DNA from: a virus
Strand: one strand, 5' to 3'
Virus record (IMG/VR): IMGVR_UViG_3300036780_000119
Span: 36,467-100,466 of that record
DNA: 64,000 bases
Shown here: piece by piece, positions 38,494 to 47,463 of the stretch
How positions within the stretch are numbered: position 1 is the stretch's first letter
How the letters are laid out: each line of letters starts with the position of its first letter
Translations under genes and position numbers: made by a program
Notes under the pieces: generated by a model
The model's database searches: none
Seen by the model: the letters and a program-made list of their open reading frames with translations, nothing else
What the model was told of the DNA's origin: nothing

Positions 38494-39083
38494 TCGCTAC
38501 CCGGCCGGACGCTGCCACACTCCGGCGTTACCGGCGCAATCTGCGGCGCTGCCTAGACACCGCTACCCCGGATCAATGGGCCCGCGGTGTCACCTGGTAC
38601 CAGACGGCGCATGATCTCGCGCGCGCGCTAGCGGGTGACGGTTGCGTCTCCAGCGCTGCGGGTTGTATCGCTGCGCTATCGGCGCAGAAGTCCTGGCCGC
38701 GTAACGTCAAGCTAGCCACCGATGCGCTAGCGGGTACGCCTAACGGTCACACCGCAGACACGCTAACTAAGGTCCGGCGGATACTCGCGGGTGAAACCCC
38801 GGAAACCGTGCTGCCGATGGATCTCAAGACCGGGCATTTCTTCCGCTGTATCGCCGATCCTGGCGACGCTGACGCGGTTGTGATTGACCGTCACACACAC
38901 GATGTCATCGTGGGCGAACGGTACGGCCAGCGGAACCGCGGACTATCCAACCGGACGCGTTACGCGGCGCTGGCCGGCGTTGTCCGTGACGTTGCGCGTC
39001 AGCGTGGCATCTTGGCCAGCCACGCGCAGGCTATCGGCTGGCTAGTTCAACTCGAAGCGACGGGAGCAAACAGCGATGCGTAA
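38490..39083 (+). CDS. Conserved phage helical protein, possibly HhH-GPD glycosylase-like fold
   Basis: WY..AH..IAALSAQKSWPRN..KTGHFFRCI..VVIDRH..AQAIGW. Confidence 0.6.
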   Translation: MIATRPDAATLRRYRRNLRRCLDTATPDQWARGVTWYQTAHDLARALAGDGCVSSAAGCIAALSAQKSWPRNVKLATDALAGTPNGHTADTLTKVRRILAGETPETVLPMDLKTGHFFRCIADPGDADAVVIDRHTHDVIVGERYGQRNRGLSNRTRYAALAGVVRDVARQRGILASHAQAIGWLVQLEATGANSDA

Positions 39084-39246
39084 GCGGTGGAGTTACTACG
39101 GAATCAACGTGTACCCGGCTGGTGTGAACGGTTCCGGGATCCGCTGGTACGCCATGAATGCGCCCGGCGCGCCTGGTGTGCTCGTGGCGGACACGAAAGA
39201 CGGCATGCGTGACCTGATCAAGCATTACCGGCAGAGGGGAGCATAA
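39076..39246 (+). CDS. 56-aa hypothetical protein (not in ORF track)
   Basis: MRKRWSYYGINVYPAGVNGSGIRWYA..LVADTKDGMRDLIK; RBS GGGAG; fills gap. Confidence 0.65.
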   Translation: MRKRWSYYGINVYPAGVNGSGIRWYAMNAPGAPGVLVADTKDGMRDLIKHYRQRGA

Positions 39247-39249
39247 GCG

Positions 39250-39744
39250 ATGAGCACGCACCGGGACAAGATCAAGGCAGCCCTAGCGGCTGGCGCGTGG
39301 GCATTCAACGGCAACTACAAGGATCTCTCGCAGGTGGCAGCGTTCTACCCGGCGTACCTGGCCGTCTATGACGAGATGCGCGCGGCCAGCCGGTACCCGT
39401 ACAACGACGATTTCAAGGGCCGGATCCCGGGTATCGCGGGCCCGTGCGAAGTCACCGCTATCTACCTGCTGCAGCAGCTGCGATCCGTCCGCGAAATGGA
39501 AGCGCAGGTTAACGAGCGCAAGGCTGCGGGCTGGCGCGACTTCGATCCGGCCGAGCTGGCCGGCGTTCCGCTGCGGTTCGCCGGCGTCGCCGAATACGGC
39601 TGGTACCACGGCGGAAACGGTTTCCGCGCATGGGACAACGCGCGGCTCACCCGCTACGGGCAGTCGTCGGTCATGGTCCTGACCGGGCGCGCCCGGACAC
39701 GCGGCCACCTCGTGACCGGCCGTCTCATCGTCAAGGATGCGTGA
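39250..39744 (+). CDS. Hypothetical protein
   Basis: RBS GAGGGGAG; GC3-rich codon usage. Confidence 0.75.
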   Translation: MSTHRDKIKAALAAGAWAFNGNYKDLSQVAAFYPAYLAVYDEMRAASRYPYNDDFKGRIPGIAGPCEVTAIYLLQQLRSVREMEAQVNERKAAGWRDFDPAELAGVPLRFAGVAEYGWYHGGNGFRAWDNARLTRYGQSSVMVLTGRARTRGHLVTGRLIVKDA

Positions 39745-40009
39745 CCAGGTGACAGGCCAGGACAAGCCACGGCTTGACGTTGTGCACGCGGCGAACATGC
39801 GCCCGGGTGACTGGTACGCCGGCCGCGTCGAGCCGCACGCGCCAACCCGGCCCGTGCAGCTGTTCGCGGCGCCGTTCCAGGTCGCCGGCCTCGAACGGTT
39901 CAAGACGGGGGAGGGCCGGTCCATGGTCCGCGTGATCCCCAGCGGCGGGATCCTGCAGCCGGACCCGGTGCCGGTCGGCACGCAAGTGCTAGTGATCCGC
40001 ACGCCTTAA
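39737..40009 (+). CDS. Hypothetical protein
   Basis: Overlap coupling. Confidence 0.65.
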   Translation: MRDQVTGQDKPRLDVVHAANMRPGDWYAGRVEPHAPTRPVQLFAAPFQVAGLERFKTGEGRSMVRVIPSGGILQPDPVPVGTQVLVIRTP

Positions 40010-40052
40010 CCGAAACTCACAACCGCCAGAAACGGACGAAGGAGACAAAAAC

Positions 40053-41054
40053 ATGATCACCATTACGCACACCCGCGACGCGGGCACACTGGTCGACGGC
40101 ACCTCACGCCGCGACGGTTCAAACGTTCCGCTCAAATCAGCCGGTTTCCGCTGGTCGCGTCAGCTCGGCTGCTGGTACCTGCCACACTCCCGGGACAACT
40201 CCGCGAAGTCGTGGAAGATCAGCGCCGCGCAAACCGCGCTGGAGGCGGCCGGATTCAAGGTCACAACCGAGATCGACAACGCCACGCCGGGACGCGCGTT
40301 CGCCGACGCCGAAGCCGAGCGTTACGAACGGGCCGAGCGGCGCGCCGACTACCACGCCGGCCGCGCCGGAGCATGCGACAGTGAGGCCGCATCACGGTTC
40401 GGCGCCGAGCATCAGATCTTGGACATGATCCCGCCCGGGCAGCCGATCCTGGTGGGGCATCACTCCGAGGGCAGGCACCGCCGGCACCTGGCCCGCGCGG
40501 AGTCACACCTCCGGGCCGGTATCGCAGCGCAAGAGCGCGGCGAGTACCACGAGCAGCGCGCCGAAACCGCCGGACGCTTCCAGGCGCGCCGCGAATCGGT
40601 GCCGACCACCCTACGGCGCATCGAGAAACTGGAAGCCGAACAGCGGCTGATACAGCGGCGCCTGGACGGTTCCGGCCATGCACTGTACGGCCAGGACCGG
40701 CCCGCGGCCGGTGGCTACCGTGTCCGGCTGGAGGCACGCGCCGCGGACATCGCCAAGGAACTCGAATACTGGCGCGAGCATGTCAAGCGAGCCGAAGCGT
40801 CCGGCGCCAAGTTGTGGTCACGCGCGGACTTCACCAAAGGTGATTTCGTGCGGTTTCTCGGCACCTGGTACGAGGTGCTGCGGGTGAACGCGAAAAGCGT
40901 CACCATTCCAGCCATGATCAACGATGGGCCGATCGTCCGCAAGGACGGCGCGCGCTGCACCTGGACCGACACCATCCCGTATCACAAAGTCAAAGGCCGC
41001 AAGAGCGCCGCAGAGGTGGCCGCGTTGCTGGCCGAAGCCGACGGCACCGTCTGA
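40053..41054 (+). CDS. DUF3560-domain protein
   Basis: IPPGQPILVGHHSEGRHRR signature; GFRWSR; C-terminal KGDFV..WYEVLRVNAKSVT. Confidence 0.85.
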   Translation: MITITHTRDAGTLVDGTSRRDGSNVPLKSAGFRWSRQLGCWYLPHSRDNSAKSWKISAAQTALEAAGFKVTTEIDNATPGRAFADAEAERYERAERRADYHAGRAGACDSEAASRFGAEHQILDMIPPGQPILVGHHSEGRHRRHLARAESHLRAGIAAQERGEYHEQRAETAGRFQARRESVPTTLRRIEKLEAEQRLIQRRLDGSGHALYGQDRPAAGGYRVRLEARAADIAKELEYWREHVKRAEASGAKLWSRADFTKGDFVRFLGTWYEVLRVNAKSVTIPAMINDGPIVRKDGARCTWTDTIPYHKVKGRKSAAEVAALLAEADGTV

Positions 41055-41100
41055 CCGTTCAAGCCTCACAACCGCCAAAGATCACGAAGGAGAAAACATC

Positions 41101-41721
41101 ATGACCACAAACGCAACCGCCGCAATCAGCAAGATGACCGCAGCACTCGAAGCGGTCGGGGATGACAGTTTCGCCGAGCTGGGCAGTCTGCTGTCCGGCG
41201 TGTTCGAGCAAATGGACTGGGCCGAAGACGAGATCAAGGCCGCGCAGAAGCGGCACCCGGCCACCGCGGATCTGCTGTATCACTCGTTCAAGCTGCTCTG
41301 CGCGCCGCATGAGCTCATGGCAAAGGAGCACGTTTACCGGGCACACTGCCGGGAGCTGCTCGACCGTGTCGCGGCCGGCGCCGACACGCGGCCCGGCACC
41401 GCGGCCCAGGTCTGCATCGCGTGCTCTGAGTCGTCCAACCTCGCGCCGCTGACAAGCACCGCAACCGGTCTCTACGCGCGCATGTGGCAGCAGGCCTTTC
41501 CCCGGCTCGGCATGCAATGGGATGACGTGAGCGAGCATTACGAGGCGCTCCGCGGCGCGCAGATTGACGACGCCGAACAGGAGATGCGGCGCAAGCTGGC
41601 CGACCCTGAGCGGCGCATCACGGAGATCGACTGCAAGGGGATGCACCACGGGGAAACCGTGAACTGCACCGCGCAGGCGCCCGGCAAGCGCGCCGGGCAG
41701 GCCGCGAAGGTGGCCGCGTGA
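41101..41721 (+). CDS. Hypothetical protein
   Basis: Motif plus AAGGAG RBS; YRAHCRELLDRV..DTRPGTAA. Confidence 0.75.
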   Translation: MTTNATAAISKMTAALEAVGDDSFAELGSLLSGVFEQMDWAEDEIKAAQKRHPATADLLYHSFKLLCAPHELMAKEHVYRAHCRELLDRVAAGADTRPGTAAQVCIACSESSNLAPLTSTATGLYARMWQQAFPRLGMQWDDVSEHYEALRGAQIDDAEQEMRRKLADPERRITEIDCKGMHHGETVNCTAQAPGKRAGQAAKVAA

Positions 41722-42374
41722 TGGGCGGTGCCGTGGCTGGTGGCCCGCTGCTGCTGCTGGATCAGCACAAGATCGCCGCGCCGGATTTCCCGCGGTCGCC
41801 GGAATGGTGGGCCCGGTTCCTGCCGGGCTGGATGACCGCGGAGCATCGCGACGGCGGCATCGTGGCACTGGATGTCACCGGGCAGGCGCACCCGAGCCAG
41901 GGCCCGCGGCCGGTGGAGCAGGTGCGCCGTAACCAGCGGACAGCCGCGCTCCGGTTCCTGTTCGGGCTGCCGCAGCTGGAGCCGGCCATCGTGGAAGACA
42001 CCGCGCCGCGGTGCCAGTGCTGGCGGCTGCCCGGTGCCGCGCTGCATGGCGGTCACTGCTGTTTCAGCGATGACCGGGTGTGTCATGCGCTGCCCGAGAA
42101 CATCCGCGCCGATGGCGTCGATACGCTGCTCGCCATGTCGGCGACCTGGCGGCGTGTCGCCGCGCTGGATCGGCGTTACCGCCAGTATGCGATCAAATTC
42201 GCGCTGGACAGTGACGCCGAGCCCACGGACGCCAAGCTCAAGCGGATACTTGACCGGTGCGCACGGCCCGCCCGCGCGGGCGAGTACCCCGAGATCCGGC
42301 GGCGGGTCGTGCTGTACCGGGCCGACCCGGAGGGATTCGCACGCCAGGCTGACGCGGGGGAGTGCCCACAATGA
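41718..42374 (+). CDS. Hypothetical protein with CxC..HxGHCC..CH metal motif
   Basis: GTGA coupling. Confidence 0.65.
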   Translation: MMGGAVAGGPLLLLDQHKIAAPDFPRSPEWWARFLPGWMTAEHRDGGIVALDVTGQAHPSQGPRPVEQVRRNQRTAALRFLFGLPQLEPAIVEDTAPRCQCWRLPGAALHGGHCCFSDDRVCHALPENIRADGVDTLLAMSATWRRVAALDRRYRQYAIKFALDSDAEPTDAKLKRILDRCARPARAGEYPEIRRRVVLYRADPEGFARQADAGECPQ

Positions 42375-42983
42375 GCGCGGCGCTTACCCGTGTGCGGGAG
42401 GTTGACCGGTTCGGCAACGTCGCGCAGGTGATCCACGACGGCGGGCAGCTGCTCGGCTGGGTACTCAAGACCGGTTCCGGGAAGTGGCGCGCCGAATCGC
42501 CTTGGCTGTCGTGGGCGCCCGTGCCGAGCATCAAGGCCGGCGAGCGGTGGCTAGTGCAGCTGTGGGAGGCGCGGAAACTGCCGCCCGATCCGCGGACCGC
42601 TGCGGAGATGCGCCCGGTACGGGCTGCCGAGTACGCGAACCATGCCGGGGAGACGTTCGACTGCCCGAACGGTCACGGGGCCGATGCCGGCCCGGCCGCT
42701 GGATCGTCAGACCTATGAGCAACTGTGGTGTGGGCTGTGGTGGGACTGCCAGCAGTGCGGCTCGTCAAGTGGGTATGCGAGCCGGGAGCTGGCCGCCTAC
42801 CACGGGGAACCGTACACGGTGCGGAAAGGCAGTTACGAGGTGTGGAACGGTGCCGCGTGGCTGCCGCTGCCGTCGGCTCACTACAAGGTCTACTGGCTGC
42901 GCCGGACCGCTGGCGCTGAGCAGCGGCGCCGGGCTATGGCCCGGGCCGCGCGGCGCGGCCGGAGGAAGGGGATGGCACGATGA
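42371..42983 (+). pseudogene. Zinc-ribbon protein split by a 1-nt frameshift (ORFs 42371-42718 and 42684-42983)
   Basis: Removing one G from GGGG at 42677-42680 joins CPNGHG to PMPARPL..WWDCQQC. Confidence 0.55.
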
Positions 42984-43285
42984 CCAACTGGAACGCCGTA
43001 GGACTGGCGGCCTACCGCCGCGAGCGGAAGCTAGTTCACCTGCAGTACGTCGGCGAGATGCCCGGCACACCCGCGGGTGAGCTCGAAACCGGCGACCGGC
43101 TCATGTGGAACGGTGGCGCCATCTACACAATCGTCAAGATCGAGCGGGTGTCGCCGCAGTTCATCAAGGTGACCGAACGCGCCGACGGTGGCAGCAACCA
43201 GGGCCAGGAGTACACGCGGCGGCTCAAGCTCGACCGGCTCGTAGTGCGGGCCAAGCCAGGCGAGAAATTCAAGCGGGCCCGATAA
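42980..43285 (+). CDS. Hypothetical protein (SH3-like beta barrel pattern)
   Basis: PAGELETGDRL..YTIVKIER; ATGA coupling. Confidence 0.7.
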   Translation: MTNWNAVGLAAYRRERKLVHLQYVGEMPGTPAGELETGDRLMWNGGAIYTIVKIERVSPQFIKVTERADGGSNQGQEYTRRLKLDRLVVRAKPGEKFKRAR

Positions 43286-43311
43286 TCAAGCGAAAGGAAG
43301 GAGTTTCAACG

Positions 43312-43605
43312 ATGGCAACATGGTTCGAGATCACCTATACAGGCCAGCCAACCGAAGACGATTACGAGCGCGTCTCAGAGATGGCCGCCGAAGGATACAC
43401 GAGCGGGCAGCTGATCAACGACAGCGAGCCGGGCACCGGCACCGGTGTACCGGACTACCAGGGCCGGGCCATGCGTGCCGCTATGGACACGCTAGGCGAC
43501 CTGTACAGCGCGGCAATTGACCGGCTCAACGCGGACGAACAACACGCGATCAGCATCGTTCGTGAGGTGCTATCCCGCGAGGTGGACCGGGAGCGGGGCT
43601 CATGA
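43312..43605 (+). CDS. Acidic hypothetical protein
   Basis: AAGGAG RBS. Confidence 0.7.
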   Translation: MATWFEITYTGQPTEDDYERVSEMAAEGYTSGQLINDSEPGTGTGVPDYQGRAMRAAMDTLGDLYSAAIDRLNADEQHAISIVREVLSREVDRERGS

Positions 43606-43919
43606 TCGACAGCATGCGGGTACTCGACGTGCTACGGGAACGCGGGTACATGCCGCTAGACGACGCCGACCTAGGCGAAGGGTGGTTCGACTACCCAGCC
43701 GGGCGGCACACCGTGCGGGCTGTGCTCCGCGACGATGGCGAGGGCGGCGAAGTCGTCACACTCACCGAACACGGCACCACGGAATGGGCCGTGGAGGTGC
43801 GTGGGGCACCGGGTGCGGTGTTCCTCGCCATCCTCGACGCGGCCGAACGGGAAGCCGGAATCGTGCGGGACGACGGGCCAGCCGGCGAGTGCGAAAGCGC
43901 ACCGGAGCGGGCACTGTGA
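43602..43919 (+). CDS. Acidic hypothetical protein
   Basis: ATGA coupling. Confidence 0.7.
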   Translation: MIDSMRVLDVLRERGYMPLDDADLGEGWFDYPAGRHTVRAVLRDDGEGGEVVTLTEHGTTEWAVEVRGAPGAVFLAILDAAEREAGIVRDDGPAGECESAPERAL

Positions 43920-44044
43920 ACCATCCCGATGCGTGGCCCTGGATCTGGTTCGTAGTCGGCTACGCCGCCCTGCTGGCCGGGACCATACCCGCCGTGTGGT
44001 GGGTCATGGACCGGCGCCGGCGCAACCGGATCAACCAGCCGTAG
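43916..44044 (+). CDS. 42-aa single-TM protein
   Basis: GTGA coupling; WPWIWFVVGYAALLAGTIPAVWWV then RRRR. Confidence 0.6.
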   Translation: MNHPDAWPWIWFVVGYAALLAGTIPAVWWVMDRRRRNRINQP

Positions 44045-44050
44045 ACAGGT

Positions 44051-44084
44051 CCGCAGCCCCAGGCCGTGGGGTCTGGGGCTGCGG
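44051..44084 (+). terminator. Hairpin directly before the last start-associated motif
   Basis: CCGCAGCCCCAGGCC-GTGG-GGTCTGGGGCTGCGG. Confidence 0.6.
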
Positions 44085-44127
44085 GTCTCGACTCACAACC
44101 GCCAAGAAGTGAAGGAGACAAGACACC

Positions 44128-45405
44128 ATGCTAGACCAGACCGAGCACGACACCACCACCGCGCCCGCCTGGACGCCGCTGGATGAGGCGCGCGAATTCA
44201 TCGGCCGGTTCATCGACGCCAGCCCGACGCAGCTCGACGTGATGACTACGTGGGCGGCGCACACGCACGTGCTGCGGGCATTCGTCACGACACCGCGGCT
44301 GCTGTTCACCAGCAAGGAAGCCGAATCCGGGAAGTCCGAAGCGCTGCAGCGGGTGATAGACCTGTCCGCGAACGGGTGGGGGGTCAGCAAGGAGACCACG
44401 AAGGACGCGATCCGGTCCAAGCTGGACTGCCCGCCAGAGTCGAAACCGACTGTCAGCATCGATGAGGTGTCCGACATCTTCGGCCAGAACGGGCACGCGC
44501 GCAGCCCGCACCCGATCGCCTCATACTTGCGGCTGGGGTACAAGGTCGGCGCGAACGCGTCAATGTCGCGCAGCGGCGTGGCGGTGGATATTGATGTGTT
44601 CCTCGCCGCGGCGATGGCCGGGCTGGGCAACGCGGTGCCGAAAGACATCCGCACCCGGGCTATCTGGATTTTCATGCGGGTGGGATGGCCGCAGGAAGAT
44701 TACCTCGTCCGTGAACACGTGCCGCAGGCGGAGATGCTCCGTGAGGCGCTCGCAAATTTCTTCGGCAAGCACATTCCGGAGCTGGAGGCGTTCCGTGCCC
44801 GGGGCATCCACCCGAAGCTGACCGGCCGCAAACGGGAGATCTGGGAGCCGCTGTTCGCGGTCGCGCACGTGGCCGGCGGATCGTGGCCGCGGCGGATCCT
44901 GGCCGCGTTCCTGGATCTGGTGATGGACGAAGGCGAGCACGTGATCCTGACGCCGAAACAGACCGTGCTGCGGGACATGCAGACCGCTGCGGAAACGCTC
45001 GGCCTCGCCCGGGTTGGAGGTTCGGCGCTGCTGGGGATACTGCGTACCTGCCGGACGCCGATGTATGAGCCGATGCCGGACCGGTCGCTGGCGATGCTCA
45101 TGGCTGCGGCGATGGAGCCGGTACGGCCCACCCAGTTCCGCGACGCGGAGACGGGGCGCCCGGTCCGCGGGTACACGCTGGCCGATATCCGCCGGATCGC
45201 CGCCGAGCGGCTGCCCGCGCCGCCGGAGATGGCCGAGCCGGAGGAGCCGGAAGACGCCGGGGTGACCATCTTCGACGTGCCGGCAGGTGACGGCGCGCTG
45301 GAGGGTAACGACCTGGCCGGGGTTGTGACGGGCGTCGAGCCGCCGGCCAGCGGTGTAACAACCGTCACGGCCGGTGCAACCTCCCCGGGGAAGGCTGCGG
45401 CCTGA
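44128..45405 (+). CDS. DUF3631-like P-loop protein (replication/helicase-associated)
   Basis: WAAHTH..TPRLLFTSKEAESGKS (Walker A-like), SIDEVSD (Walker B-like), EIWEPLFAVAHVAGGSWP, RGY. Confidence 0.75.
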   Translation: MLDQTEHDTTTAPAWTPLDEAREFIGRFIDASPTQLDVMTTWAAHTHVLRAFVTTPRLLFTSKEAESGKSEALQRVIDLSANGWGVSKETTKDAIRSKLDCPPESKPTVSIDEVSDIFGQNGHARSPHPIASYLRLGYKVGANASMSRSGVAVDIDVFLAAAMAGLGNAVPKDIRTRAIWIFMRVGWPQEDYLVREHVPQAEMLREALANFFGKHIPELEAFRARGIHPKLTGRKREIWEPLFAVAHVAGGSWPRRILAAFLDLVMDEGEHVILTPKQTVLRDMQTAAETLGLARVGGSALLGILRTCRTPMYEPMPDRSLAMLMAAAMEPVRPTQFRDAETGRPVRGYTLADIRRIAAERLPAPPEMAEPEEPEDAGVTIFDVPAGDGALEGNDLAGVVTGVEPPASGVTTVTAGATSPGKAAA

Positions 45406-45583
45406 CCGGTTGGTGTGACGGTGCTGGGCGGTGAGCCATCCCCGCCCGGTGCCGCCGGCAACCGGGCAAGAGGAAAGGAAGCTCAGCCCCTGAGCGCTTT
45501 GGGCCTGCGCACCCCAGGCGGGGTGTGCGGGTCCATGGCTTTCAGGCCAGCGGATTTACACCTAGCTAGCTCGCATCGCCTTG

Positions 45584-45907
45584 TCAGGTCAGGCCCGGGT
45601 GGCGTTCACCGGGCCGGTGCCTGGCGGTGGCCATCTGGCGGCGTAGTTTGCCCCAGGCGGCACCGGCTTCGCGGCCGGTTTTGCTGGCGTGGTGGCCGGG
45701 GCAGAGGGCTTGCAGGTTCCACAGTTCGTCGGGGCCACCGGGGTTGATGTGATCAACCTGGCTGGCGGGCAGCCCGCAGATGCGGGGGCCCGCTGGCCAG
45801 CGGCACCGGTAGCCGTCGCGGGCGAGCACCGCCGGGCGGAGTTCGGTTTCCCAGTTCGGCGGCAGCGGTGTGCGCCGCCACGAGCCGGCCCGGCCACCCA
45901 TCGCCAC
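45584..45907 (-). CDS. HNH endonuclease (packaging-associated type)
   Basis: VLARDGYRC..C..VDHI..NLQALCPGHHASKT..HPG. Confidence 0.9.
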   Translation of the reverse strand: MAMGGRAGSWRRTPLPPNWETELRPAVLARDGYRCRWPAGPRICGLPASQVDHINPGGPDELWNLQALCPGHHASKTGREAGAAWGKLRRQMATARHRPGERHPGLT

Positions 45908-45917
45908 CCCCGGATGC

Positions 45918-45998
45918 TTAGTCGGTGTCGCCGTGGGTGCAGCCGCACGCCGGGTCGTCGCACCGGTCGCAGTCGCCGGCGCGGCAGCGCCGGCACAC
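45918..45998 (-). CDS. 26-aa Cys-rich micro-ORF
   Basis: VCRRCRAGDCDRCDDPACGCTHGDTD fills the gap; no clear RBS. Confidence 0.35.
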   Translation of the reverse strand: MCRRCRAGDCDRCDDPACGCTHGDTD

Positions 45999-46011
45999 CC
46001 AGCCCGTGGTG

Positions 46012-46257
46012 TCAGGCTGCACTGTGTGCCCGCAGGCTGCGCGGGTCGACGCCGGAGGTGCGCAGCCCGTTGGCGCGGACCTTCCGCTCGGCCGCGCGGA
46101 CCGCTTCGCGGGTGTGCAGTGGCCGGCCGTGCTCGTCCAGGCCCTGGGGGGCGAGCCAGCCGCGGTTACGCCACGAGCGGATCGTGGCAGCGGACACGCC
46201 GGCGAGCTGGCCCGCCTCCGCAGTAGTGAGGAATCCGTCACCGCGGGTGGGGCGCAT
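46012..46257 (-). CDS. MerR-like helix-turn-helix protein
   Basis: LTTAEAGQLAGVSAATIRSWRNRGWL. Confidence 0.85.
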   Translation of the reverse strand: MRPTRGDGFLTTAEAGQLAGVSAATIRSWRNRGWLAPQGLDEHGRPLHTREAVRAAERKVRANGLRTSGVDPRSLRAHSAA

Positions 46258-46361
46258 CCGTTCACCGCCCCACGGGGGATACAGAAAACCCCCGGGCGCG
46301 GCGCGCTTCCGGGGGCACAGTTGTTCCTTCGGGACCATCGTGTTGCACACCAGCGTGATTG

Positions 46362-47300
46362 TCAAATACCGGCGGTCACCACGGCGTGGCCACGTGCCCG
46401 GCACATGCACCGCGGGTAGGCGCATTCATCGCACCGCGGCGGGGTGAATTGGCAGCGGCGGCAGGTCAGGCCGGCCCGGTCGGCCCACGCCGCATACCAT
46501 TTCGCCCATTCGGTGAAGGTCTTGCGGTCCATGGTGTGGCGGCAGGTGGCGCAGCGGGAATGCATCGCCGGCTGCGCCGGGTCGGACGGCGGCTCGGCGC
46601 GTTCGAGGGCCATATCTTCGCAGTTGCGGCAGGGGATGCCGTCGAACGATTCGGGGGCGGCGCGGGTTTCGCCGAGAATGCGGCGGGCCCGGTAATGCAG
46701 CCGGAGGATTTCGTTTCCGGCGTCGGCGCCGGACAGCGGCAGCAGCATGTGTGCCTGCCCGTCGGGCCGGACGATCCCGTCTGCGGTGTGCCATTCCTCC
46801 CCGGCGTGGGTGGGGTGCATCACCCGGTGCATCGGCCCGGGAGGCAGCGCCAGCATCACGTCCAGGTGGGCGCCGAGGACCGTGGTGGCGCGTTCGACCT
46901 GGTGGCCGAGTTCCCGCACGGACGTGTCCGGGATGTCGAGAGCGGCGATCATGGCGGTGCGTTCGTGCCAGGAGCCGAGGACGGTGGCCATGTCGCGGAT
47001 GAGGGCGTCAATGTCGCCGCGCAGCGGCAGCACCGGGCCGAAGGGTGTGCGGATCGTGGTGCCGCCGGGGGGGTGTTCGCCGATCTCGTTCTCGAGCCTG
47101 CCGAACGCGGCGGGGAGTTCTTCGAGGCAGTGCAGGATCATCGACCGGTCGTAGTCGCAGTAGGGGCGCCAGACGAGGGCGGGCAGGCGGGTGACGGTGC
47201 CGTCGGGGTTGCGGATGATTCTCGGGTCGGCGCACCAGCCGCCGCGGGCGCAGGGCCGCTGGCCGGTGTCGCTGCTGTCCGGGCAGCCCGTGGCACGCAC
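46362..47300 (-). CDS. Zinc-finger phage protein, candidate late-gene regulator
   Basis: Multiple CxxC motifs; position upstream of HTH-HNH. Confidence 0.7.
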   Translation of the reverse strand: MRATGCPDSSDTGQRPCARGGWCADPRIIRNPDGTVTRLPALVWRPYCDYDRSMILHCLEELPAAFGRLENEIGEHPPGGTTIRTPFGPVLPLRGDIDALIRDMATVLGSWHERTAMIAALDIPDTSVRELGHQVERATTVLGAHLDVMLALPPGPMHRVMHPTHAGEEWHTADGIVRPDGQAHMLLPLSGADAGNEILRLHYRARRILGETRAAPESFDGIPCRNCEDMALERAEPPSDPAQPAMHSRCATCRHTMDRKTFTEWAKWYAAWADRAGLTCRRCQFTPPRCDECAYPRCMCRARGHAVVTAGI

Positions 47301-47463
47301 CCCGCTCCCCTTTGTGCTGGCCTGGGCGGGACGTTAGCCGGGGAGTGCGGCAACTACCGGGTGATATTCGGCGGGGATGGTCTGCGGGATTGTGTGCCGG
47401 GCTGGCTGGGCGGGTAGTGTCCGGCCATGCATTCAGTGGATCTTGCCGGGTGGGTGGTGCGGG

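Larger units (their letters stand above)
35811..44130 (+). repeat. Dispersed start-associated motif CTCACAACC(G/A)CCA(G/A)...GGAG..ATG, 7 copies
   Basis: Copies begin at 35811, 36160 (internally duplicated), 37610, 38458, 40016, 41065 and 44092, each 32-47 nt before an ATG. Confidence 0.9.

Noticed and set aside
35811-44130. Start-associated motif as CRISPR repeat, attC site or guide target
   Set aside because: Non-palindromic, spaced by whole genes, and it matches none of the predicted guide targets.
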